DNA from: an uncultured Rikenellaceae bacterium | Lineage (GTDB): Bacteria; Bacteroidota; Bacteroidia; Bacteroidales; VadinHA17 | DNA length: 34,184 bases | Assembly: GCA_964500155.1 (NCBI GenBank) | Contig: CAZCQC010000002.1 | Location: forward strand, 1 to 34,184 | Reading direction: 5' to 3' | Shown: positions 1 through 8,869 of the stretch, in pieces | Layout: each line of letters opens with the position of its first letter | How positions within the stretch are numbered: the stretch's first letter is position 1 | Program-made: the position numbers and the translations under genes | Notes under the pieces: model-generated | What the model saw: the letters and a program-made list of their open reading frames with translations, nothing else | Told to the model about the DNA's origin: nothing | Database searches by the model: none

Positions 1-255
1 TACAGAACTTATCTTTTTGTGCTGGCAGGATTAATAGTTGCAACATTGACCTCTGTTGCAGTGACTCAAATTTCACTGGGTACACTGACAGTCGCAATTG
101 CTCTTTTTATTGCAGCCCTTAAATCATCATTTGTTTTACGAATCTTCATGCATCTTAAATATGAAAATAAGATGTTTTCAGCAGCAGTGATAGCTGTAAC
201 CCTGCTCATAGCAATTGTAATAATAATAACTCTCCTGGACTATCTTTTTAGATAA
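1..255 (+). CDS. Cytochrome c oxidase subunit IV family protein (small membrane subunit), 5'-truncated by the window edge
   Basis: Frame 1 is open from base 1 (YRTYLFVLAG...), so the GTG at 19 in the ORF track is probably internal. Hydrophobic helices plus an FMHLKYENK motif typical of prokaryotic COX4/CyoD-like subunits. A CuA subunit II gene follows 5 nt downstream. Confidence 0.6.
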   Translation, partial: YRTYLFVLAGLIVATLTSVAVTQISLGTLTVAIALFIAALKSSFVLRIFMHLKYENKMFSAAVIAVTLLIAIVIIITLLDYLFR

Positions 256-260
256 TAAGT

Positions 261-1211
261 ATGTATTCAACCACTGCAACGGATGCTTCAAATTTTGTAT
301 CCACCTTCAATACATCATTTTACTTTATTGCAGGTATTTCGCTGCTGTTCCTTATAGGGCTTACTATTATTATGCTGTACTTTGTATTCCGGTATAATAA
401 TAAAAAGAATAAAATTGCCGTCCAGAATGAAGGTAATACGCGTCTGGAGATAATATGGACAGTTATTCCTATACTTCTGGCAATTGCTATGTTTTATTAT
501 GGCTGGGCGGGATGGAAACCAATGAACAAGGCTCCCAAAGATGCTCTTAACATAACCAGTACTGCCAGAATGTGGAGCTTTTCATTTCAATATGAAAACG
601 GGAAGACAAGTCCCGACCTGATCGTTCCCGTAAATACTCCGGTCAAATTAAATCTTGTCTCTTTGGATGTAATCCATAGTATTTTTATTCCTGCATTCAG
701 GGTAAAATCAGATATGGTACCGGGAAGAGAAAAGATGATGTGGTTTCTTCCTCAAACCGTTGGTGAGTTTGATCTCTATTGCTCTGAATATTGCGGATTA
801 AGGCATTCCTATATGAATGCAAACGTAAAAGTCCTATCAAATGAAGATTATAATGCCTGGTATGCTGATTCATCAAAAGTTATCACGGCAACCGAAGAAT
901 CAGTTCCTGGTTCTGAAGGCCTGAAAATAATGATTAATCAGGGTTGTAACGCATGTCATTCTTCCGACGGTTCAAAGATCCTCGGACCAAGTTATTTAAA
1001 TCTGTACGGAGAAAATCAGGTCGTGATAAGAGACGGGAAAGAGGTTACGGTTACTGTGGATGATGAGTATATTAAGCGGGCTATATTCGATCCCAATTCA
1101 GAAATTGTAAAAGGATATCCGAAGGGACTAATGCAGAGCTATAAAGAAACTTTGAGTGATGATGATTTGTCAAAGATAATTGAATACATGAAATCCCTGA
1201 ATGACGAATAA
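261..1211 (+). CDS. coxB: Cytochrome c oxidase subunit II with fused C-terminal cytochrome c domain (caa3-type)
   Basis: ATG start. Two N-terminal TM helices. Complete CuA ligand set H-x34-C-x-E-x-C-x3-H-x2-M (DVIHS...CSEYCGLRHSYM). C-terminal CNACH haem c motif. Confidence 0.9.
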   Translation: MYSTTATDASNFVSTFNTSFYFIAGISLLFLIGLTIIMLYFVFRYNNKKNKIAVQNEGNTRLEIIWTVIPILLAIAMFYYGWAGWKPMNKAPKDALNITSTARMWSFSFQYENGKTSPDLIVPVNTPVKLNLVSLDVIHSIFIPAFRVKSDMVPGREKMMWFLPQTVGEFDLYCSEYCGLRHSYMNANVKVLSNEDYNAWYADSSKVITATEESVPGSEGLKIMINQGCNACHSSDGSKILGPSYLNLYGENQVVIRDGKEVTVTVDDEYIKRAIFDPNSEIVKGYPKGLMQSYKETLSDDDLSKIIEYMKSLNDE

Positions 1212-2073
1212 CCCGGGAAATAAACTCAGGTATTACCTTCAACTAAGTAAGCTAAAAATAATGATCCCGGTAAGTCTTACAGGCTTCACCGGATATTTTA
1301 TTTTTGATCCGCATCTTACATTAAAAATAGTATTGGTTACCACTGGGATCCTCTTCCTGGCAATCTCAGCATCTGTTCTTAACCAGATCCAGGAAGTTGA
1401 ACCGGACAGGGATATGAGTAGAACACAAAACCGTCCTCTTCCATCCGGAAAGATCAATTCTAAACAAGCATTATTATACTTTACCTGGAATCTTTTTGCT
1501 GGTATGGTTCTTATATATTCATATGGAAATCTTGTGGCAGCACTCATCGGTTTAATTGCAATTGCCTGGTATAATGGAATCTATACTTATGCAAAGAGAA
1601 TAACCGCGTTTGCTGTTGTTCCGGGTGCTTTAACCGGAGTATTCCCTCCGCTTATTGGTTGGGTAGCAGCCGGTGGTGGAGTATGGGATAAACCAATAAT
1701 ATTTCTTGAATTCCTTTTTTTTACGGGACAAATACCGCACTTCTGGTTACTATTATTGAAATATGGAGAGGAGTATGGAAAAGCAGGCTTGCCAAGCCTT
1801 ACAAATATAATGAGCAGAACCCAGATCAGCAGGCTCACTTTTACCTGGATTGTAACATCGGTGATAGCGGCATTATTCCTGTGCTATTTTGAAATAATTC
1901 ACAGCAAAATGATAATTGGTGTTCTTCTTATCGCATCGGCAGTTATTATCTGGCAGTTTTCAGGATTATTAAAACTCCCTGTGAATCATGACAACAAGAA
2001 ATATTCAGTACTCCTTGATTCGTACTTTTTGCTGGTGCTTCTCCTGCTGATTTCTGACAGGATCATAAAGTAA
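1201..2073 (+). CDS. cyoE: Protohaem IX farnesyltransferase (haem O synthase), UbiA family, divergent acidic motifs
   Basis: Polytopic membrane protein. NQIQEVEPDRDMSRTQNRP and GQIPHFWLLLLKYGEEYGKAGLPSL align without gaps to haem O synthase motifs. The ATG at 1201 overlaps the coxB stop by 11 nt; an alternative ATG lies at 1261. Confidence 0.75.
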   Translation: MTNNPGNKLRYYLQLSKLKIMIPVSLTGFTGYFIFDPHLTLKIVLVTTGILFLAISASVLNQIQEVEPDRDMSRTQNRPLPSGKINSKQALLYFTWNLFAGMVLIYSYGNLVAALIGLIAIAWYNGIYTYAKRITAFAVVPGALTGVFPPLIGWVAAGGGVWDKPIIFLEFLFFTGQIPHFWLLLLKYGEEYGKAGLPSLTNIMSRTQISRLTFTWIVTSVIAALFLCYFEIIHSKMIIGVLLIASAVIIWQFSGLLKLPVNHDNKKYSVLLDSYFLLVLLLLISDRIIK

Positions 2074-2106
2074 TACACAGAGATAAGGACATGCCATGGC
2101 ATATTC

Positions 2107-3288
2107 TTATTTAAACCGATGATTTATACTTTCATCCAGATACGGGTGATTTGAGGGTATGATTTTTGCCTTACTGAGAGAAATTGCGACAACTAAAGAA
2201 AATAATCCTGTGTATCCAAGGAACAAACCACCTTCAATCCATCCAAATCTTAATAAGCCGGTTGTCCCCGGAATAATCTGAACAAACAGGTCAAGGTACT
2301 GCCCGATGACAAGGAAGAAAATAACCGCTGTAATTACCGTCATATTCCTGCTGGTTTTTACCGGAAGCAAAATAAGAAAGGGGATTGCCCAGTTAAGAAT
2401 GATCTCGAGAAAAAACAAAATCTTCCATCCTTCCTTCCAGCGAACGAAATAATATATAGTTTCTTCAGGAATATTCCCATACCAGATTATCATGAACTGT
2501 GCAAACCAGAAGTATCCCCAGACTATCGAAAGCATGAAAATATATCTGGCAAGGTCGTGCAGATGATATTCATTAAGAAAAGGAAAATATCCCCTTTTGT
2601 ACAGAATAAATATTATCAGGGTTAAGATAGAGACTCCGTGAAGAAAGGAGGCTACCAGATTTTTCAGTGCGAAAATCGTACTGTACCAGTGTACATCAAT
2701 AGACATTATCCAGTCAAAGGCTGAAAGGGAAAAAGTAATCGCAAAAACGAAAATAAATATTTTTGAGTATAGCTCGCTTTTGGTGAATAATAATAAAATC
2801 CTCTCCTGATTTGCAGGATCAGACTGGTCCTCCTTTATCGAAATTTTTCTTAAAATACGAGTTAAAAATATCCATAATGCAAAATAGATGATCATCCTGG
2901 TGAAGAAGAACGGGACATTCAGGAAAGAGGATTTATGCTGCAATAAGGGATCAAGCGGAACTGCTTCTTTATGAGACCAGTGATAAAGGTCATTAAGTCC
3001 AAAACAGATAAGCAGAAAGAAAACCGCTGCAAAAGGAATATAGGTCATCATAGCTTCAGGAACACGCCTGAAAGCAGCGGACCATCCCGACTGGGAAATA
3101 CTCTGGATAACAAGAAAAAAAGTGCCTCCCATAGCCAGCGATAAAAAATAGTAATTAACTATCAAATAATTGGCCCAGGTCCTCTCTGGATCAGAAACAA
3201 CACCAATGAGAAAAGTGCATGCACCAATGAATATCAATGTCAGGGTAATTATTCTGAAGGTTCCGGATACTTTTGTTTGTTCCTTCAT
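2107..3288 (-). CDS. actF: Alternative Complex III subunit ActF (polytopic NrfD-like membrane subunit)
   Basis: Last gene of a tightly packed six-gene operon. About 10 hydrophobic helices. Called from size and position after actE, and as a paralogue-like partner of ActC. Confidence 0.7.
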   Translation of the reverse strand: MKEQTKVSGTFRIITLTLIFIGACTFLIGVVSDPERTWANYLIVNYYFLSLAMGGTFFLVIQSISQSGWSAAFRRVPEAMMTYIPFAAVFFLLICFGLNDLYHWSHKEAVPLDPLLQHKSSFLNVPFFFTRMIIYFALWIFLTRILRKISIKEDQSDPANQERILLLFTKSELYSKIFIFVFAITFSLSAFDWIMSIDVHWYSTIFALKNLVASFLHGVSILTLIIFILYKRGYFPFLNEYHLHDLARYIFMLSIVWGYFWFAQFMIIWYGNIPEETIYYFVRWKEGWKILFFLEIILNWAIPFLILLPVKTSRNMTVITAVIFFLVIGQYLDLFVQIIPGTTGLLRFGWIEGGLFLGYTGLFSLVVAISLSKAKIIPSNHPYLDESINHRFK

Positions 3289-3345
3289 TATTTTGCTTTT
3301 TTTAATTCAAAAATGTTCTGTTAATCACCCGGTTACTTTTACCTG

Positions 3346-3957
3346 CTATTTGCCGCTCCTGCCGAAAAGTGAAATTTCCTTCTCTTTCATCTGAAGTTCT
3401 CTTATATGCAAAACCACTTTCCATCTGTCTTCACTTCTTATCTGTGATCCATGGGCACCCATAGATCCAAATCCCAGTGTTATGCTATGAAAAATTTCTC
3501 CGTCTTTCAGATTATCTGCAGGACTACCCGTAAGATTGCGGGGTTTTAAAGGGTACAGACCGCTTGTAAAAAGAGGGCCGTCTCCTGCGCCTTTATCACC
3601 ATGACAACCGACACAAAATGTTGAATATACAGCCTTCCCTATTAATAAAGTTCCTTCGGTGGGAGATTCAGGATTTATGAGCTCTTTTCCAGCCAGGATG
3701 CGTGATTCCGGATCAATTGTATAATTAAAGGGAGTAATATCACGGGGAACAGTGCCGGCGACGGGTACTCTCATAGTCAAGCCGTCGCTGAAATTTGGAT
3801 TTTTTGTAAAAGTCTCATAAGCTGTGGAGTAAAACATGTCGGGAAAATAATCCCATCCCGTGGTATTCCTGTTCCTGTCACAATTGATAAAAATTACTGT
3901 AAGGAGGAGCAAAAAAACTGCTCTGTAAATTCTTTCGGGTATATAGCTGTTTTTCAT
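3346..3957 (-). CDS. actE: Alternative Complex III subunit ActE (monohaem cytochrome c lipoprotein)
   Basis: N-terminal signal with lipobox-like VIFINC. Single CVGCH motif followed by GDKGAGDG. The start overlaps the actD stop by 4 nt (ATGA). Confidence 0.75.
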   Translation of the reverse strand: MKNSYIPERIYRAVFLLLLTVIFINCDRNRNTTGWDYFPDMFYSTAYETFTKNPNFSDGLTMRVPVAGTVPRDITPFNYTIDPESRILAGKELINPESPTEGTLLIGKAVYSTFCVGCHGDKGAGDGPLFTSGLYPLKPRNLTGSPADNLKDGEIFHSITLGFGSMGAHGSQIRSEDRWKVVLHIRELQMKEKEISLFGRSGK

Positions 3958-4487
3958 GCACTAATATTTTCAAGCTCTTTATCTAAAACCTCCAACGCGC
4001 CTTGTTCTTTCATCAGGGTTGCAATTTGCTCTGACTTTGAATTATCGAGGATATCCGTATTCACGACTATCACAAATTTATCATCGGTTGCCCTGTGATC
4101 GAAGATTGTATTCTCCCGACCGGGAATGAGTTTCGACCTCGCAGAAAAGGCGGCAAGGCTTGCTATTGTAACTGTAAAAATGGTAATGACAATTGTGACA
4201 ACAATAAATGACGGGAATGAATTGAATGGCTTCCCCCCATAGACAATAGGCCAGTTAATGACGGAGGTATAATATAAAAATCCAAGTACTGCAATGATTG
4301 CGAACAAACCAAAGAAATAAGCTGCGGTTGGCAGTCTTGATTTGCGTTTCAGCAGATGGAACACCTCATGTACAGGATACGGAGTAAATACATCATAAAT
4401 CTTAAATTCTTTTTGCTGCAGCGATTTGATTGAGGAAATAAATCTTTCCTCGTCGTCGAAAATTCCTATTTTGAATGCTTCTTTCAT
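3954..4487 (-). CDS. actD: Alternative Complex III subunit ActD (DUF3341-type)
   Basis: GIFDDEE...YDVFTPYPVHEV...SRLP N-terminal soluble domain followed by two TM helices. Position between actC and actE. Confidence 0.7.
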   Translation of the reverse strand: MKEAFKIGIFDDEERFISSIKSLQQKEFKIYDVFTPYPVHEVFHLLKRKSRLPTAAYFFGLFAIIAVLGFLYYTSVINWPIVYGGKPFNSFPSFIVVTIVITIFTVTIASLAAFSARSKLIPGRENTIFDHRATDDKFVIVVNTDILDNSKSEQIATLMKEQGALEVLDKELENISA

Positions 4488-4499
4488 AACTGACCCTCG

Positions 4500-5861
4500 T
4501 TAATCATCTTTTTTGCTTCCGATATGAGCCACACTCTTTACCTCACTAATAGCCATTATTGGAATATAGCGGAAGAAAAGCAATATCCCTGCTGTGAATA
4601 GCCCCAGAGTTCCTACATACACGCCGATCTCTATATAAGTCGGATTATATGAAACCCAGTTAGATGGAAGGAAGTCTTTACTGAGTGATGTAACTACTAT
4701 ATTAAACCTTTCAAACCACATTCCAAGGTTTATTAAAAGGGAAACGATCAGCAGTCCAACCCAGCTTCGTCTGACTTTCCTGAACCAGAAAAGCTGAGGG
4801 ATCAAAGCATTACAAACTATCATTCCCCAGAACTGGAATGTATAATCGCCGGTAATTCTGTTTCGGAAAAATGCAAACATTTCGTATTCATTACCTGAAT
4901 ACCATGCAATAAAGACTTCCGTCGAATATGCAGTTCCCATAATAAGAGAAATAAAAACAAGAATCCTGGCTATTGCATCCATGTGATTATCTGTAATATA
5001 ATCGGTAAGCTTGTAAATTTTTCTCACAATAACCATAAGAGTCATAACCATTGCAAATCCGGAGAAAATAGCTCCGACAACAAAGTAGGGAGGAAATAGG
5101 GTTGTATGCCAGCCCGGTTCGATTCCTACTGCAAAGTCTGTTGAAACTATTGAGTGAACTGAGACAACGAGCACAGCAGCGATACCGCCAAGTACAAAAC
5201 TTAGGGATTCAAACCTTATCCAATGATGACTTGAGCCAGTCCATCCCATACCAAAGAAACCATAAACGGCTTTTTTAATCTTCGATTTTGTCCTGTCACG
5301 AATAGTTGCAAAATCGGGTAACATTCCAAGGTACCAGAATGAAAATGATATCAGAAGATATGCAGTAATGGCAATAAAATCCCAGAATAGAGGGGAATTG
5401 AAGTTCACCCATAGCGGACCACGGGTATTCGGGTATGGGAAAATATAAAAAGCAAGCCAGACGCGTCCCATATGTAAAGCAGGGAAAAGTGCTGCTGACA
5501 TAACGGCAATAACTGTCATTGCTTCTGCTGCCCTGTTAATCGATGTCCTCCACCGTTGTCTCAGGATAAGGAGGAAAATGGAGAATGCTGTCCCGGCATG
5601 TCCGATACCTATCCACCAGACAAAATTTACAATTTCCCACCCCCATCCAACTGAATTATTTACCCCCCATGTTCCAATTCCCCGGGATACTGTTATATAA
5701 ATAGCATAAAAACCAAATATCGCCGCTGTTGATGCAATTCCAAAAGCAATATACCACCATAATCCCGGAGTGGTCTCCATCGGGGTAAGTATCTCTTTTG
5801 AAATCTGACTGAATGTCTTATTTCCTTCAACAAGCGGACCTCTGATTTTCCTGTTATACAT
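4500..5861 (-). CDS. actC: Alternative Complex III subunit ActC (NrfD/PsrC-like quinol-interacting membrane subunit)
   Basis: 453-aa polytopic protein with about 10 helices. NrfD-like W/G-rich helices (WWIGIGHAGT). Lies 15 nt downstream of actB. Confidence 0.85.
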   Translation of the reverse strand: MYNRKIRGPLVEGNKTFSQISKEILTPMETTPGLWWYIAFGIASTAAIFGFYAIYITVSRGIGTWGVNNSVGWGWEIVNFVWWIGIGHAGTAFSIFLLILRQRWRTSINRAAEAMTVIAVMSAALFPALHMGRVWLAFYIFPYPNTRGPLWVNFNSPLFWDFIAITAYLLISFSFWYLGMLPDFATIRDRTKSKIKKAVYGFFGMGWTGSSHHWIRFESLSFVLGGIAAVLVVSVHSIVSTDFAVGIEPGWHTTLFPPYFVVGAIFSGFAMVMTLMVIVRKIYKLTDYITDNHMDAIARILVFISLIMGTAYSTEVFIAWYSGNEYEMFAFFRNRITGDYTFQFWGMIVCNALIPQLFWFRKVRRSWVGLLIVSLLINLGMWFERFNIVVTSLSKDFLPSNWVSYNPTYIEIGVYVGTLGLFTAGILLFFRYIPIMAISEVKSVAHIGSKKDD

Positions 5862-5876
5862 CTGCTTTCAGATTAC

Positions 5877-8843
5877 TTACGATTTTTTCTCTTCATCATT
5901 CCAGACTTTAGTAAGGTACCCGACTGATGGCAGGGTGTGCAACTCTTCAAGCAAATGGTACCTCCTTGGATTTTCAAATAATCCGGATACTTTGCTGTTC
6001 TTGTCATTCAGATTTCCAAAGATAATGGCCCCTGATGGGCAGGCCTGCATACATGCAGTTTTAATTTCATTATCCCTGAGAGTCCTGTTTTCGAGTTTGG
6101 CCTGTAATTTTTTCTCCTGAATCCGCTGTACACAAAAGGAACATTTTTCCACTACTCCTCTCTCTCTTACAGTTACATCAGGATTTAAAACCATTTTACC
6201 AAGATCTGATGCTGTATTAAAATCAAATGCTTTATTATTAGTATACCGGAACCAGTTAAACCTTCTTACTTTATACGGACAGTTATTAATGCAATATTTG
6301 GTACCGATACAACGATTGTAGGTCATCTGGTTCAAGCCTTCACTGCTGTGATTGGTGGCTGAAACCGGACAAACATTTTCGCATGGTGCATTATCGCAGT
6401 GCTGACAGGGAAGAGGTTGGAAATAGACCTTCGGATCATCAGGTGAATCCGAATAATACCTGTCAATTTTTATCCAGTGCATTATCCTTCTCTTCCTAAC
6501 TTCTTCCCGCCCCACAACAGGAATATTGTTCTCGGCCTGGCAGGCGATAACACAGGAATTGCATCCGACACATAAATTAAGATCTATTGCGAGGCCCCAG
6601 TGAAAACCATCATATCTCACTTCAGGATAAAGAGTCCTGTGCTTTGATTCATACTCCCCATGAAGCTCATTGCCCGATGCGGTGTTAATCTTATATTTGC
6701 TGAGAACAGTTTCTCTTACAATAGGTCTTCCTTCCATTGAATGATGGACCTGGGTCAGCGCTAACTGGCTTGGCTTTAATGTATTTTCTAATTTGTTCGT
6801 GAAAAAACCATAAACCCGGTTTCCTCCGGTTATTCTTATAAACGGATAAACATTTATACCCACATTATTTGCAACCGGGCCGGAGTTTGTATGTCCGTAA
6901 CCCAGAGCAACCGACACTGTACCCTCTGCCTGGCCGGGCTGAATAAATGCAGGGAGGACGAACCCGTCTGCAAGCTTTATTAAATGTCCTGTCCGGATAC
7001 CCAGTTTTTCAGCATCAGCAGGTGAAACAGCAGCCACGTTATCCCAGCAATGCCGTGACACCGGATCGGGTAATTCCATTAACCAGGGATTATTGGCATG
7101 CCTGCCATTTCCAAGCGCAACACTCTCATGGAAAACAACTTCAAACCCATCTGTTCCTTCTTTAACTAAGGTATTCAAGGCCCCTGCCAGCCCTTCCTTA
7201 TTAAACAAAGCAGGTTTACTGTCGGGGATATCATAACTGAATACTCCATTGCCAAGGCTCAAATCCCAGAAATCCCTGAATTGTGACTGGGTTGACTTCG
7301 GGAAAAATTCCTTTTTCCAGTTTGTCATCAAATAATCATGCCAGGAAATTGAATTTCCTGACCATTTTAACAGTGAATCCTGAAACGAACGGGTATTAAA
7401 AAGAGGATTAATACATGGCTGGCTCAAGCTCAGCTGCCCTGGAATTATCTCGGCATCATCCCATGATTCCAGATAGTGATTGACCGGACATTCATACTTT
7501 GCTTTCCCGACTGTTTCGTTCAGGGAGCCTGTCAAATTTACTGTCAGTTCTGTCTTTTTTAATCCTGACAAAAACTTTTCTGAATCAGGGTAATCATATA
7601 CAGGATTGACATTATACATAAACAATGCCTTTACCTTGCCGGCATTCAGATCGGTTATGAGTTCTTCTGATCTTCTGTCAATGCCTGCGGCAATGTTAAG
7701 ATTACGGTTGAGATCGATGCAATCTGCATAATTACCTAAAAGAGAGTTTATCCCGTTAACAATGATCTGAATTTCAACATTATTTGTACCGGAAAGGACT
7801 ATTGATTGGCCTTTTGATGCTAACAGGTTATCGACAAGTTCTGTAAGATCTGCCCTGCCGGTTACTCCGGTGAATTGTTCCGAGCCGGTTTTTGCAGCAA
7901 TCCTGTTATACAATTCGGAAAGGAGCGATTTTTCTTCTGAAGGTTTAATTCTTATTCTTTTATCAGCATTGCTGCCGGTAAGGCTCATTCCCGATTCAAA
8001 GTGAATGTGCCGGAGCATCTTATTCTCCTGATTATCGGGTTTTCTTCTCGAGACATATTTTTGGATAAAATGAACCGGAGATACCCATGTACCAAGAAAG
8101 TCAGCATTAACTGAAACGACGTACCCGGCGTTCTGGAAATGATAATCAGGTATTACCGCCTTTCCAAAGCACATTAAATTGGCTTCCAAAACAGCGGAAT
8201 ATGAAACAGCATCGTATTGCACCCACCTGAAATTCCTGAAACGGACTCCGAATTCATTAATGAGCTTAATTGTTGAGGGGGAAATTACGGTTGAAGTCAG
8301 CAGAACAATTTCACCTTCAGCTGAATTGATTCTTTCAAGGTCCTTAATAATCTGTTCATCAATAGCATTCCATGAAACAGGTGAGTGATCAGATGTGGGA
8401 AACTTCAGACGTGCATCATCATACAGGCTTAGAACTGATGCCTGGACTCTTGCGGAAGTGCCCTCCCCGTTAAATGACGAAAGCAGATTGCCTTCTATTT
8501 TTATTGGCCTGCCATCACGTGTTTTGACAAGAATACCTGAATATTCATGACCGTCATAAAAACTTGTCGCATAGTATAAAGATTTGCCGGGAGTAATTTC
8601 AGGCGGATGTATCAGGTATGGAATAGCTTTCTGAACCGGTCTCCTGCAACTTGCTATCAAAGCTGCCGAAGAAAGACTAAAACCGAAAACTTTCAGAAAA
8701 TCCCTCCTGGAAGAATACTTCTTTAAAAAATCAGTTTCAAACAATTCCAGAACCCGGCCTTTATGAGTCTCTTCAATATCCTTGTCATTGCCGGCAGTGA
8801 TTCCCTGAAATTCTTCGACACTTTTCCAGTATTTTTTCATCAT
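5877..8843 (-). CDS. actB: Alternative Complex III subunit ActB (molybdopterin-oxidoreductase-like domain fused to a 4-cluster FeS domain)
   Basis: Twin-arginine motif SRRDFLKVFG. Long N-terminal MopB-like domain. The C-terminal domain has four Cys clusters (CVGCNSCVIAC, CQHCDNAPCENVC, CIGTKYCINNC, CSFC...CMQAC). Confidence 0.9.
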   Translation of the reverse strand: MMKKYWKSVEEFQGITAGNDKDIEETHKGRVLELFETDFLKKYSSRRDFLKVFGFSLSSAALIASCRRPVQKAIPYLIHPPEITPGKSLYYATSFYDGHEYSGILVKTRDGRPIKIEGNLLSSFNGEGTSARVQASVLSLYDDARLKFPTSDHSPVSWNAIDEQIIKDLERINSAEGEIVLLTSTVISPSTIKLINEFGVRFRNFRWVQYDAVSYSAVLEANLMCFGKAVIPDYHFQNAGYVVSVNADFLGTWVSPVHFIQKYVSRRKPDNQENKMLRHIHFESGMSLTGSNADKRIRIKPSEEKSLLSELYNRIAAKTGSEQFTGVTGRADLTELVDNLLASKGQSIVLSGTNNVEIQIIVNGINSLLGNYADCIDLNRNLNIAAGIDRRSEELITDLNAGKVKALFMYNVNPVYDYPDSEKFLSGLKKTELTVNLTGSLNETVGKAKYECPVNHYLESWDDAEIIPGQLSLSQPCINPLFNTRSFQDSLLKWSGNSISWHDYLMTNWKKEFFPKSTQSQFRDFWDLSLGNGVFSYDIPDSKPALFNKEGLAGALNTLVKEGTDGFEVVFHESVALGNGRHANNPWLMELPDPVSRHCWDNVAAVSPADAEKLGIRTGHLIKLADGFVLPAFIQPGQAEGTVSVALGYGHTNSGPVANNVGINVYPFIRITGGNRVYGFFTNKLENTLKPSQLALTQVHHSMEGRPIVRETVLSKYKINTASGNELHGEYESKHRTLYPEVRYDGFHWGLAIDLNLCVGCNSCVIACQAENNIPVVGREEVRKRRIMHWIKIDRYYSDSPDDPKVYFQPLPCQHCDNAPCENVCPVSATNHSSEGLNQMTYNRCIGTKYCINNCPYKVRRFNWFRYTNNKAFDFNTASDLGKMVLNPDVTVRERGVVEKCSFCVQRIQEKKLQAKLENRTLRDNEIKTACMQACPSGAIIFGNLNDKNSKVSGLFENPRRYHLLEELHTLPSVGYLTKVWNDEEKKS

Positions 8844-8869
8844 AGACTACTTTTTTCGAAAACCTGCTC

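Noticed and set aside
1239-1838. Antisense ORFs (102 aa and 83 aa) within cyoE
   Set aside because: Shadow ORFs opposite a membrane-protein gene, with no independent support.
2091-2102. Perfect 12-nt palindrome ATGCCATGGCAT in the 33-nt convergent gap between cyoE and actF, considered as a bidirectional terminator
   Set aside because: As a hairpin it gives only a 4-bp stem with a 4-nt loop and has no flanking T/A tracts. It may be coincidental (it contains an NcoI-type site), so it is not called as a feature.
3170-3394. 74-aa + strand ORF spanning the actF start and actE end
   Set aside because: It is antisense to the operon junction and has no recognisable features.
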